Below, in pieces: positions 37,281 to 46,947 of a stretch of DNA of 64,000 nucleotides. The stretch is from positions 1-64,000 of the forward strand of contig CAUYUJ010000130.1 of the NCBI GenBank assembly GCA_963575745.1, in the 5' to 3' direction. Made by a program: the position numbers and the translations under genes. Numbering within the stretch: position 1 is the stretch's first letter; each line of letters begins with the position of its first letter. The notes under the pieces were generated by a model. It searched no databases and was not told the origin of the DNA. It worked only from the letters and a program-made list of their open reading frames with translations. This stretch comes from Prorocentrum cordatum (taxonomy: Eukaryota).

Positions 37281-38020
37281 CTGAAATCTGACCCCTTCCG
37301 CCCATCCGTCACCATTGCGTAGAATTATTATGCATCCGCCGATGGGTGTCCTAGCCGACCTGGATCCCTCAAGTGATCCCATCGTGTGACGCGCATCGGA
37401 GGGGGAGCAGGAGCCCGCAGATGAGCAGGATGATGAGCACGATGAAGATTAGGATGAGGACATCGGAAGATCAGGAGCAGCAGGAACAAGAGCAAGAGCA
37501 GGATAAGTGTGAGGAGCAGGGGGATGCGAAATATGGGGAAGGAAGGAGGTGGCAACGAAGAAGAACCGAATGATCAAGACACATAGCCCGCGCTGGGGAG
37601 AGAGCGCCAAACTGAACGACGCCGGCAAAACGTTGATCCTGAAATGCGGACAACGATGTAGCAGGAGCACGCTTCTCGAACGGTGGATAACGTTATGTGG
37701 GGACAGTGTCAGATTGAACGCCAGTTCGAACACTCTTGCGTGTAACATGAGTAGGTGAGATAGGTGGGGAAACAATTCAGAGCATCATGGGAGAGAGGGT
37801 CGCACTAATCATATTGCGTAATTTTGGAAGGAGAGGTACATCCCGGGGGTCGGAGTCCGAGTTGCCATGTGACCTCACAGCGAGGGGAAGTGATTTGGGA
37901 ACGAGGGGTGAAGCCGACTTTATTACCTAACAGCGAAGACTGATAGGTTTCTAGTTGACTCAAAAGAGCTCACAGATCACTCCACAGGGGGGTCCGGGCA
38001 GGCGTTGGGAGTTGCCGGCC

Positions 38021-38324
38021 GACTTGAAGGGTAGCTCTTTGGGAGATGTTACAGTATCGGGAGCATAGCTCGCGCGCCGCTGCCTTGGGCTCAAGGCACG
38101 CGCGCCCTATTTGCCCGGACACCGCGAGTGTTCGCTATGTGCTGGAAAGATCATTACATCGATCTTATCCTATCTTATCCGCCCACCCCTCATACTGTAC
38201 CTTCACAGCTACAGCAGAGCGATGGACGCTATTTGCCATCCGATGTCCACGGTCGGCGCCTTGGAATCGGATGCTATATGACAGGCTATATGCCCTATTT
38301 GAGTTACCAAGCTCACTTTCGACT
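38021..38324 (+). repeat. 5' LTR
   Basis: Direct repeat of 53815-54118, about 5 substitutions by eye. Confidence 0.93.
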
Positions 38325-41300
38325 TGGTAGCGGAGCTGGCCGCACTCTCGTGTGGTCAGCTCTTGCTCTTCTCAGCCTCACATTCTTCGGCACGATCTTC
38401 GTGACCGCCTACTACCCTGCGCCACCACTCCCAGTACATTTACGAGGATCTGTTCAAGAGCAAGAAGCTACACGAGAGGTACGACGTCTAGACGACCAGA
38501 TTGGTACCATATACGCTTCATCATTGCGTTACTATCAACCGCTCGGCAACGAGCCAATAACGCAATACCTGAAGCTAGGGCGGGGAAACCCGCCAGACAG
38601 AGCGCCTCGAAGACTCGACAAGGCGCTACCCCAGCGTGACACCGCTCATCATAACCATTCTTCGTTACACATTCTTGGGCTAATCGTTTTCGCTATCATA
38701 TGGTTCGCGCTGGGGGCAGCAATCGCACACATGCGTCGGGGAGATAACAGCACCGATGGGCAAACACATGGCCCATACTGGGACCCTCAGGGTAATGTAA
38801 CTTTTCGTGAGTACATTTACGAGGTCAACGCGTGGCTCAACGTTACAAGCGGACGTATGACGCCACAGGCCCAAGCGGCCGCAATACAACGCGGCCTGGG
38901 AGGCCTAGCGAGGACACTCGCCATGAGGGTACCGCCTGACATTATAAACTATGGTGCTGACATTGATGGGGTCCACACGGACCCAGTAACTTACATCATG
39001 TTCCTCCTCAGCATGAAGTTCGAACGCCTGGAAGATGAGCGACAGTTCACTTCCGGCACACAACTCATCGACTTCCATGTGCCTCACGGGGAACGAATCG
39101 ACGTCACTCTTACCCGATTCGAAATGGCCCGACTTGAGGCACAGTCGGTGGGATTCGACCCTCCTAACTTCCAACTGCTAACTACTATCCTATTCCGCGC
39201 CTTAGGCGTCGGCAGCCAGAAAGCCATGCAACTCTCGCAGCCACTCAACCACCAAATGCCTCGAACACAACAACAATATGATGAGTTGCTGGAAAGGATG
39301 CGTTCGGTAGGTCACCTATCCGAACGATCCCCTGGCAACGTAGGATCCGTGTTTGAAAGAGGAAGGGGATCTGGTAGTGGAAATTTCTACACTACCTTGA
39401 CTATTGAAGTCCAGCCTGGAAACGGGCCCTCAAACATATGGGCCGATGACCCAGGAGAATCCATTGCTTTATTAGCAGGGGGTCGATCACAACCAAGCTG
39501 GGCAACCAGCCCTCCTTCTAGAGAACCACAACCACACCGCTCGTTATGGGGGGAATCAAATCCCCTAACCGACGGTGTATCCACTTATTTAGGAGACGAA
39601 GATTTCGATTCCGGCACCGACACAGACACTATATCATCAGATGGTGTTGAAGCTCTAGATTGGTCAGATATCATGAATATGGATAACGACAATCAGCGTG
39701 CTGAGCATTTATTCTGGCTGTTACAACAGGCTAAGCGAAGGTGGAGGAGGTTCGCACGAAAACCAGCGCGTCGTGTTAGAAGGAGGATACGCAGAAGTTT
39801 TAAAGGAAAGGGTAACGGCAAGCGTGGTCGTCGGAGGTTGAACGGGCGAGGTATCGCGGCATTTCTCCAGAGGCTCTCAGATGAACAACATGATGAGATA
39901 TTCTTTGGGGGAAAAGGCCGCGGTAAAGGCCGTGGAGAGACCTCAGGGAAAGGCAAAGGTAGGCGGGGGAACCCGCGAGGTAGAGACGGCCAGGTTCTCA
40001 AATGTCATGGGTGTGGTAGTACCGATCATCTTGTGCGAGATTGTCCAGCGAAGGGAAATGGAAAGGGCGTGTCGTCCGAAGTCCATTTCGGCTCAAGCAC
40101 ACCATCCATTGAGTATCTGAGCCTCCAGGACTTTGAGGCTATGGAACAGATATTTGTCACATGGGTCGTTGGCATGGACAACGTTGACGAGCTCGAGGGG
40201 TATGGTCATGGATTATACGCGTATTACCTCGAGTACGTCCGCCGGTTCGTCACGGGCAGTAATGAACTCACTCCCGTGGAACACGGTACGCTCGGAAACG
40301 AGCCTCTTTCCTTCTTCGACTGGATGTTCGGGAACCCAGGCAACATCATGGCCTACGAGAGCGACGGCGAGGACACCACTATAGAGGCTTCGCCTTCCGA
40401 GGTTCAACAGAACCTCGAACCTCCGCCCGAAATCCCGCCTGGACACAGGCCTTTTCTGCTGGGAGAATATCCCCATACTATTGAAGACTTAATTGAAATG
40501 GAGTCTCAAGCATTTGTTCAGGCCTTCATTGCAGGTGAACCAGGTTCTCCGTTCATACCTCCTGGTTCGCTTGCTCCAGGCGAATATGGGCCGCGTACAC
40601 TTTTGCAGACCCTCATGTGGATGCATGAGATACTTGCAATTGCATATCCTGAGAGTCAAGAACAAATTGAAGCTGGTATTATGACAGATAATGATAATGA
40701 TGCTTGCGGTAGCTCAGAGCTACTCTTGGCAGCGTTGTCTCTCATCGACAGTATAAATCCTCAGGAAGTGCAGCGACACTTAGTATACTCCCATGGTAGA
40801 TGGCGTCGTGCCCTGGAAATGGCAATGGCTATGCGTGGTCATGATCTTCCCCCGCCAGGATGGAATCTCCAGGAGCTGGGGATGAGGCCAAACCACACGG
40901 CCATGCGTAACATTGCTAGGCAGCCTATGCTCGTCGAAGACCCTGAGCCGACGACTGCGCCTCCTACTCCAGGGCAGCCGAGTGACGGCCAGACGCCGGC
41001 CATGCAGGGAAACCTGCCTTTACCAGATGCGCCAATGGCCATCCTAATTGGTAGTTCGACATCAGAAGAAGTAGAAGGCGATGGTTGTGGGTTAGATGAG
41101 GATGACGTCACCATCCTCATGATGGACGTGACTGGTGAGGAAGAGGTCGATTTCGACCCTGATGAGTCTGAACCATCATCACCATCGGCACAAGAGCCAC
41201 TTGCGCCGAGCTCCACCCAGCAGGGAGACCTGCCTCCATCGAGCGATCCACCCGGGATCGCAGAGGAGCCTCCTCAAGCACCTCCAACGGGTGCCGCCCC

Positions 41301-44300
41301 TGCTGCATCAGCAGCCTCTTCTGATGAGAACACCAGAAGATCTCGTTCCCATACGCGCGTCAGAGGAGAGCCACATCTTCAGGCTCGACTCCCTCGTGAT
41401 TGGAGACAGGCTGGCCCAAAGGAACACGCTGCCAGAAGAGGTGGCCAGCTACTTCCATACAACGACCCACGACGCCGAAAAGGGGAACACTCGGCCTTCG
41501 GCCAGGGCAATCCTGCCTATAGGGACGGCGATGGCAGACCCATCCGTGGAGGCTATCAGCTCGCAACAAACATCCGCCGCCCTGAAATTCAAGAAGCGCG
41601 GACCCAGTTGCGAGATATTATCGCGGCTCGCAAGCAGTATAGGCCTCACGCTGCATGTGGTCCTTGTTCCCAGCCGTTCCAGAATCACAGGCCAGGATGC
41701 CCCGTTGGAAACAACGAAGGCCTGAGCCCCAACAGGGGCAAAACCCCTCCTAAGGAGGGCCATCCGCCACTTGACCCGATGACACCGGAAGAGATCGCAG
41801 CAGTGAGTAGTCGTCTCGGGATCTTGGGCCACTTGGATCCGAAAGAAGAAGAGAAATCTACTCCGGCTCCAAGGGGAATGGTAGCCATGACCCAGGAAGA
41901 GAAAGACGCGCTCTTTAGTCTTCCTGGTATGCGAGGAAACTCGCCTGGCGTATCTAGCCAGTCCCAACAACCAGAGCCGATCATCGAGGACGAGACAAAG
42001 GCTCAACGTGTGGCGGAAGATGAGGAGCGTATTCAGACAGTAGATGAACGCACACGCGAGGCAACTCGCAAGATGCTGGAGGATTCCAGCAAGCTCTACA
42101 TAAAGGGGGCTAGAAAGCCCCCACTCCCACTAACTTCGAAGGCCAAGAGTGAACCCCCGACACCTAAGCCGCCTCCGGCGCCGAAACGCACAGCTCCTAT
42201 ACCAGCATCTGTGCCCAAGCAGCAACCCCCGGACCCCACTGAGGAACGAAGACGTTCGCTTAGCCGCAGCAAGTCCATTGCGGAACGGGCGGCAGCTTTC
42301 GAGCGCAGTGAGTATGCACCTGCGCCAGCTTCGCCTGTGGCGGCTCGTTCCAGGAGGTCCGATGAAGGTGCTATGTCGAGGGGTAACTGGGTGCCGAAGA
42401 TCAGGGGCAGCGCCAGTCGCGCATCTCCGCGGGGAAACCCGCCAGGCGCTGCTGCCGCAGCTTTCTCCTCTTCAGGAGCCGCAGCCTCTTCAGCAACAGC
42501 GGCTCCGATGCGGGGAAACCCGCCAGCAGTTCAGCTGCACCACCCAGGAGACACATCCTTCACTAGTGGGACTCCAGATCTGATCAGGGATAGACTGGCA
42601 CTTCGGAAGCTCCCACCGATACGTTCGGTGGATGAGCCATTCATGAAAGAATGCAGGAAGGCCGGAATTCTTTCCAGATCCAATGATACTCTTAAAAGGT
42701 TAAGCAAAGCTATCAGCAGGATCTGTAGACATGCGCCAGATAAGCCACATAATTCTGTGTGGCGCCTGAAATCTTTTGATGATCATGATGGTTGGATCAA
42801 CCTCGTGGACCTCGTGGAGAACTTTCCTTGGAACACAAGTCACTCGAGGCACGCTTATGAAGAGGCCAAAGTTATTAGCGAGCAGTTGTATGGTCGCTCG
42901 GTTGACCAACTCGCAGCCATCATGATGGAAGTTGTTCATGTTCGTGAACCAGACGGAGAAGAAAAACAGCGCCTTCAATTCAAGGTGCTAATGCGGGACT
43001 CTGGCGAGCCTGCTATCTTCGTCCGCGCCTCTCAGGGGCATTCATGGAAATTGAAAGCTCCATGGTCGCTGTACAGCTACATTGTACTGTGCGACGAACC
43101 CGCCGGGAGACCGGCCAAATACCCTGAAGTCGCCATGCATGGCACTCGATGGCACGCTTTCGAAGGCATTATGTGGCACGGCCTGTCCTGTAGACCTGAG
43201 CACAACACGATGAAAACGGGGACAGGCCGTTCACACATCCACTTCGTGCCGACATTGCGCCGCCGTGCCGTGAACAGTGGGTGGGACCCAGAATCAGACA
43301 TCATCTTTGTAGATTGGCGCAAGGCCATACAAGATGGTATAAAGTTCTGTTGGTCCGATAACGGAGTCCTCTTGTCCGAGGGAGATAACGGTATCATTGA
43401 ACCGTATTACATTTCCCATGTAGAGGACCTGACCACTGGAAGGCAATGGCGCAACCCAGAATATTTGGGGATTCGCCGTGCGCGAGTCTCTGTCAGTATG
43501 ATGACTGCCCCAGATAGGTGGGCTGATGTTGGTGATTCCAGCGTTAAGTACAAGTGGTCCCGAGACCAAGAGGGCGTTGATCCAGCCATGGTCTACCTCC
43601 ACAGGGACGTTGGGGACCACTACAGCCCCACCCAGCTGGGAAACCAGCCTGAGATCTTTCGGATCTTTATGATCACCGAGAGTGAGGCCGGGAGCGCGGC
43701 TCCAAGCCGTGCCCCAAGCCAAGGGCCGAGCGCCGTATCTTGGCAGGCCATAAGTACTTCAGACCTGGATCAGATTGCAGCTGCGCTGAACCCTGACCAG
43801 GTAGAACAGCTGGCGGACAGGCTGTACCAGCAGGACCCCTGGGCCGCAGGCCAGGGAGCCATGTCCGCTATGGCCACGAGAAATCGTCAAGCCATGCAGG
43901 GAAACCTGCCTACAAGCGGACCTGCTCGGTTCGAGCCAATGCACGCAAGCCCCACACAGAGCATGCACACTCCAAGGGGCATGACTCCAGCGGGCACTCC
44001 GCCAGCACAATCCCCATTTGGGACACCTGTTCGCCCTGCAGTAAACTGCACACTCATGGAGAGGTTAGCTGCGGCTAGGGCTGATCACAGCACAGCCCTC
44101 CTCAACATGATGCCGCCCGGCACGCCAACGAGTCAGCAAGGAAACCTGCCTGGTACACCAAGCCACCGCAGGGCAGGTATACCCGACGACTATCGCTCAA
44201 GAGTGGCGGCCGCGGTACAGCAGGTGCAGAACCATAATCTGCCTCACCCAAGTGGGCAGAGGTGGAGGCCAGCCTGGTCCTGGGAACCGGAGGGTCCCAA

Positions 44301-45441
44301 CCCACGGGACCCCGCTCGGCAACGAGCCTTTATCCCGGCGTTCAACGCCCATCCGAGCATGTCTCAGGGCCAGAGGCCACCACCCACGCAGATGAATCCG
44401 CCATTATACACTGACGGTACAAGGGTCCCGAACAAATTTGTTCGGGAATTGGCGGATCAGATGCATAACCTCACCAATGCGCGCTGCAGTGACCACTCCA
44501 TGTACCCGCACATGGCCTTCATGCCTCCTCCAACATCACCAGAGGTGGTTGTACAACCCACTGCCCATTCAATATCGTCTGGCAGTAGGGGCGTGCCTGA
44601 CTACATCAGGCAGACGCACCACACTCAGCAGGCATGTTTCATGAGGAGGCAGGCGGTGCAAAGTGTACGGGACCAGTCACGTGCAGCTGCACTCGATGTG
44701 GCGCGGAATAGGGGCTCACCTTTGCGAGGAAACTCGCCCGCCGTGACTCCTACCACTTCCATGCCAAATGTCGAAGGGCCGGAGGTGATGGACCTAACGG
44801 GGACTCCCCCATCAGCCTTCATGCCCTCCGAGACGGTACTGGAGAGGCAGCGGCGGGTATATCCCAGGGTAGCAGACGTAGAAGTCTTTACTGGGATGGA
44901 GGACACCTGTGCAGTATGCCTCGAAGAATTTCAGCCCAGGGATAGTGTGTATCGCCTGAGGTGCAATCACCTATTCCACGAGGGATGCTGGAATTCTAAC
45001 GTGGTGGGCCACGTGACAAACCAGCGTGAGGGAGATCCACAGCAGCCACCATGTGCGATCTGTCGTGCACTTGGCATTATAACATCGTCCTTCCCATGGA
45101 CTGGCTCCCTTAGTCAGACTCCCGAGCAGTCAATGAGGGAGCTGCGGGAGCTAAGGAGCATGGTGGAGGAGATGACGGCCAGGATGCTAGCTATGCAGAC
45201 AGCTTCGTCACACCAGCAGGGGCACCTGCCTGAAGAGGTAAGGCCGCCTATGGCAACGGGATATTTCGATCAGCTTATCCCGATGACGGCGCCTCAGCAG
45301 GGAAACCTGCAGGATACTCCTCAGATGTCTCCCAGAGTGGAGGCGAGGTTGAGATGTCATTGGACCCTGATCAGCTGCGCGAGTTGCGTGTACGACATTT
45401 CCAGAATCAGATGGATAATACACACACAACGTTTATGCTAG
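38128..45441 (+). CDS. Giant Gag-like ORF (2437 aa): 2 hydrophobic helices, Gag core, Arg-rich tract, CCHC knuckle, Tpt1/KptA domain, RING-H2
   Basis: Uninterrupted ORF with zinc knuckle CHGCGSTDHLVRDC at 40003-40044. The true start is uncertain (in-frame ATGs at 38278, 38290, 38731). Confidence 0.85.
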   Translation: MFAMCWKDHYIDLILSYPPTPHTVPSQLQQSDGRYLPSDVHGRRLGIGCYMTGYMPYLSYQAHFRLGSGAGRTLVWSALALLSLTFFGTIFVTAYYPAPPLPVHLRGSVQEQEATREVRRLDDQIGTIYASSLRYYQPLGNEPITQYLKLGRGNPPDRAPRRLDKALPQRDTAHHNHSSLHILGLIVFAIIWFALGAAIAHMRRGDNSTDGQTHGPYWDPQGNVTFREYIYEVNAWLNVTSGRMTPQAQAAAIQRGLGGLARTLAMRVPPDIINYGADIDGVHTDPVTYIMFLLSMKFERLEDERQFTSGTQLIDFHVPHGERIDVTLTRFEMARLEAQSVGFDPPNFQLLTTILFRALGVGSQKAMQLSQPLNHQMPRTQQQYDELLERMRSVGHLSERSPGNVGSVFERGRGSGSGNFYTTLTIEVQPGNGPSNIWADDPGESIALLAGGRSQPSWATSPPSREPQPHRSLWGESNPLTDGVSTYLGDEDFDSGTDTDTISSDGVEALDWSDIMNMDNDNQRAEHLFWLLQQAKRRWRRFARKPARRVRRRIRRSFKGKGNGKRGRRRLNGRGIAAFLQRLSDEQHDEIFFGGKGRGKGRGETSGKGKGRRGNPRGRDGQVLKCHGCGSTDHLVRDCPAKGNGKGVSSEVHFGSSTPSIEYLSLQDFEAMEQIFVTWVVGMDNVDELEGYGHGLYAYYLEYVRRFVTGSNELTPVEHGTLGNEPLSFFDWMFGNPGNIMAYESDGEDTTIEASPSEVQQNLEPPPEIPPGHRPFLLGEYPHTIEDLIEMESQAFVQAFIAGEPGSPFIPPGSLAPGEYGPRTLLQTLMWMHEILAIAYPESQEQIEAGIMTDNDNDACGSSELLLAALSLIDSINPQEVQRHLVYSHGRWRRALEMAMAMRGHDLPPPGWNLQELGMRPNHTAMRNIARQPMLVEDPEPTTAPPTPGQPSDGQTPAMQGNLPLPDAPMAILIGSSTSEEVEGDGCGLDEDDVTILMMDVTGEEEVDFDPDESEPSSPSAQEPLAPSSTQQGDLPPSSDPPGIAEEPPQAPPTGAAPAASAASSDENTRRSRSHTRVRGEPHLQARLPRDWRQAGPKEHAARRGGQLLPYNDPRRRKGEHSAFGQGNPAYRDGDGRPIRGGYQLATNIRRPEIQEARTQLRDIIAARKQYRPHAACGPCSQPFQNHRPGCPVGNNEGLSPNRGKTPPKEGHPPLDPMTPEEIAAVSSRLGILGHLDPKEEEKSTPAPRGMVAMTQEEKDALFSLPGMRGNSPGVSSQSQQPEPIIEDETKAQRVAEDEERIQTVDERTREATRKMLEDSSKLYIKGARKPPLPLTSKAKSEPPTPKPPPAPKRTAPIPASVPKQQPPDPTEERRRSLSRSKSIAERAAAFERSEYAPAPASPVAARSRRSDEGAMSRGNWVPKIRGSASRASPRGNPPGAAAAAFSSSGAAASSATAAPMRGNPPAVQLHHPGDTSFTSGTPDLIRDRLALRKLPPIRSVDEPFMKECRKAGILSRSNDTLKRLSKAISRICRHAPDKPHNSVWRLKSFDDHDGWINLVDLVENFPWNTSHSRHAYEEAKVISEQLYGRSVDQLAAIMMEVVHVREPDGEEKQRLQFKVLMRDSGEPAIFVRASQGHSWKLKAPWSLYSYIVLCDEPAGRPAKYPEVAMHGTRWHAFEGIMWHGLSCRPEHNTMKTGTGRSHIHFVPTLRRRAVNSGWDPESDIIFVDWRKAIQDGIKFCWSDNGVLLSEGDNGIIEPYYISHVEDLTTGRQWRNPEYLGIRRARVSVSMMTAPDRWADVGDSSVKYKWSRDQEGVDPAMVYLHRDVGDHYSPTQLGNQPEIFRIFMITESEAGSAAPSRAPSQGPSAVSWQAISTSDLDQIAAALNPDQVEQLADRLYQQDPWAAGQGAMSAMATRNRQAMQGNLPTSGPARFEPMHASPTQSMHTPRGMTPAGTPPAQSPFGTPVRPAVNCTLMERLAAARADHSTALLNMMPPGTPTSQQGNLPGTPSHRRAGIPDDYRSRVAAAVQQVQNHNLPHPSGQRWRPAWSWEPEGPNPRDPARQRAFIPAFNAHPSMSQGQRPPPTQMNPPLYTDGTRVPNKFVRELADQMHNLTNARCSDHSMYPHMAFMPPPTSPEVVVQPTAHSISSGSRGVPDYIRQTHHTQQACFMRRQAVQSVRDQSRAAALDVARNRGSPLRGNSPAVTPTTSMPNVEGPEVMDLTGTPPSAFMPSETVLERQRRVYPRVADVEVFTGMEDTCAVCLEEFQPRDSVYRLRCNHLFHEGCWNSNVVGHVTNQREGDPQQPPCAICRALGIITSSFPWTGSLSQTPEQSMRELRELRSMVEEMTARMLAMQTASSHQQGHLPEEVRPPMATGYFDQLIPMTAPQQGNLQDTPQMSPRVEARLRCHWTLISCASCVYDISRIRWIIHTQRLC
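38325..38336 (+). promoter_or_regulatory. Primer-binding site TGGTAGCGGAGC, probably for initiator tRNA-Met
   Basis: Begins immediately after the 5' LTR. TGG pairs with tRNA CCA, and TGGTAGC fits the 3' end typical of eukaryotic tRNAiMet. Confidence 0.8.
42691..43425 (+). CDS. TPT1: RNA 2'-phosphotransferase (Tpt1/KptA/TRPT1) domain within the Gag ORF
   Basis: Motifs in order: LSKAISRICRH, DGWI, KQR, VRASQGHS, HGT, GL, RSHIHF, IFVD...DGIKF..SDNGVLLSEG..G.I.P.Y. Confidence 0.9.
44908..45066 (+). CDS. RING-H2 (C3H2C3) finger within the Gag ORF
   Basis: CAVCLEEF...LRCNHLFHEGC...PCAICR; all eight ligands present. Confidence 0.88.
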
Positions 45442-46947
45442 ATGCCAATAATCCTGAAACTGATAGTCCGTCGTTAGACCTATCAGAATCCTCAGCGGCG
45501 TCAGCAGCAGCAGCCAGAGCCGTCAACATCTCAGCGGCGAATGAGGAGTTCGAGGAGTGGCTGCGGTACCGGGATCACGTCATGAACGAAGGGCTGCAAG
45601 ACATCGCCCTTCACTCGTACCTAGCGCTGATAAGGCGCACTACCCGCGAGCAGTATATGAGCATACGTGATGAGTATGCCAACTGGCGGGGGGAGCGTGG
45701 TGATCACGCCCAGCACGTGTCGTACTTCCAGTACATTGACCTGGCACGCATGGCCGAGAGCGAGTCGCATGCCAGTGTCGTGCGGGGTAACCCGCCAGGG
45801 AGTGCGAATGTGCCGCGGGGAAACCCGCCTACCGACGCAGCCGACACTTCAGAAACTGTGCACATCAAGCAGCCGAATAAGACGTTCTTGGATGATGGTG
45901 GAAATTCCATACTCATCGACGTCGGTTCGAAGATCAACATCATGGGCGAGAACACGAGCCGTAAGTTCGTTCAGGTTGCTGAGTCACATGGTCGTGCATG
46001 TACATTCGAGCCCCGCTCTCGTTTGCATATCAACGGAGTGGGAGAGGGGTCGGCCCCAGCGGATACTGCAGGCACATTTAGCATTGCCTGCGAGTACCAG
46101 GGGTCAGCCCAACACGATTCATACAAGACGAACATTGTGTCAGGCTTTGTCCTGTTTTGAATTTCTATTGCCGGTCCTGTTCTTTGTTTTTTGTGTTGTG
46201 GTCTTGTGGACGTTGGTTTTTTGTTTTTATGCATTCTGTTGTGTTCTTGTCGTTGTTCTTGTCTTTTTGGGGCCCCGGTTTTGTGGAAAGGACCTGCCAG
46301 CCATCCTAGGTCTCGATAGTATGCAGGACAAACGCACGATCATCGTGCTTGAACGAGGCCAGGAAAAGCTGATATTCCCGGGTAAGGGGCAGGTCAAGAT
46401 GGAGCTCCCGGAAGGCTCCAAAATCATGCCGACGACGAAGTTGCCGTCAGGGCATCTGTCGATCAGGTGTGATCGTTTTGGAGCTGCGGGGCAACCCGCC
46501 TCGAGCTCAAGCAGCACGTCCTTCCAGACAGCGCTGACAGGCGAGCCGACCCCAGCGCAGGAGCGCAATCAATTGCAGGGAAACCTGCCCCAGGGGGTGA
46601 TGGAGACGCTCGCCAAGGCCACCATGCGAGGCGACAACATCGACGATCTCGAGACGTTCGAGTGTTTTGTTGCCAGGACACTGGCCCTGCATGGTGGTAG
46701 TGTACCCATGGACGCTGTGCAGTCCCGCCGTAAAATAGTGATGGGATACACTAATCGTGAATTGCATACGGTCAGCGACGCTAGGTCCAAAGGCGCGCTG
46801 AAACAGTTGATGGATAATCCATCGATGCTGACAGCATTTGCGGAGCAATCCGCCGCTGAGGCCACGGCGCGCTGCAGCGCTGAGCTCCAGCATCTGAGGG
46901 AAGCCCAGATGTTGGCAGATATTGTAGGCACATCTTCTTCATCTTGA
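45354..46947 (+). pseudogene. Aspartic protease region, interrupted by a 136-bp T-rich insertion (46146-46281)
   Basis: ILIDVGSKINIMG (Asp at 45918), HINGVG and PAILGLDSM. Removing the insert restores NIVSG-CGKDLPAILG in frame. Confidence 0.8.

Noticed and set aside
37353..37385. Possible next Rab exon (ADLDPS)
   Set aside because: The nearby AG gives the wrong phase, and the frame soon stops with no Rab similarity.
46144..46290. GC-AG intron explanation for the T-rich insert
   Set aside because: Splicing AG|GC to AAAG|G would leave the protease out of frame.
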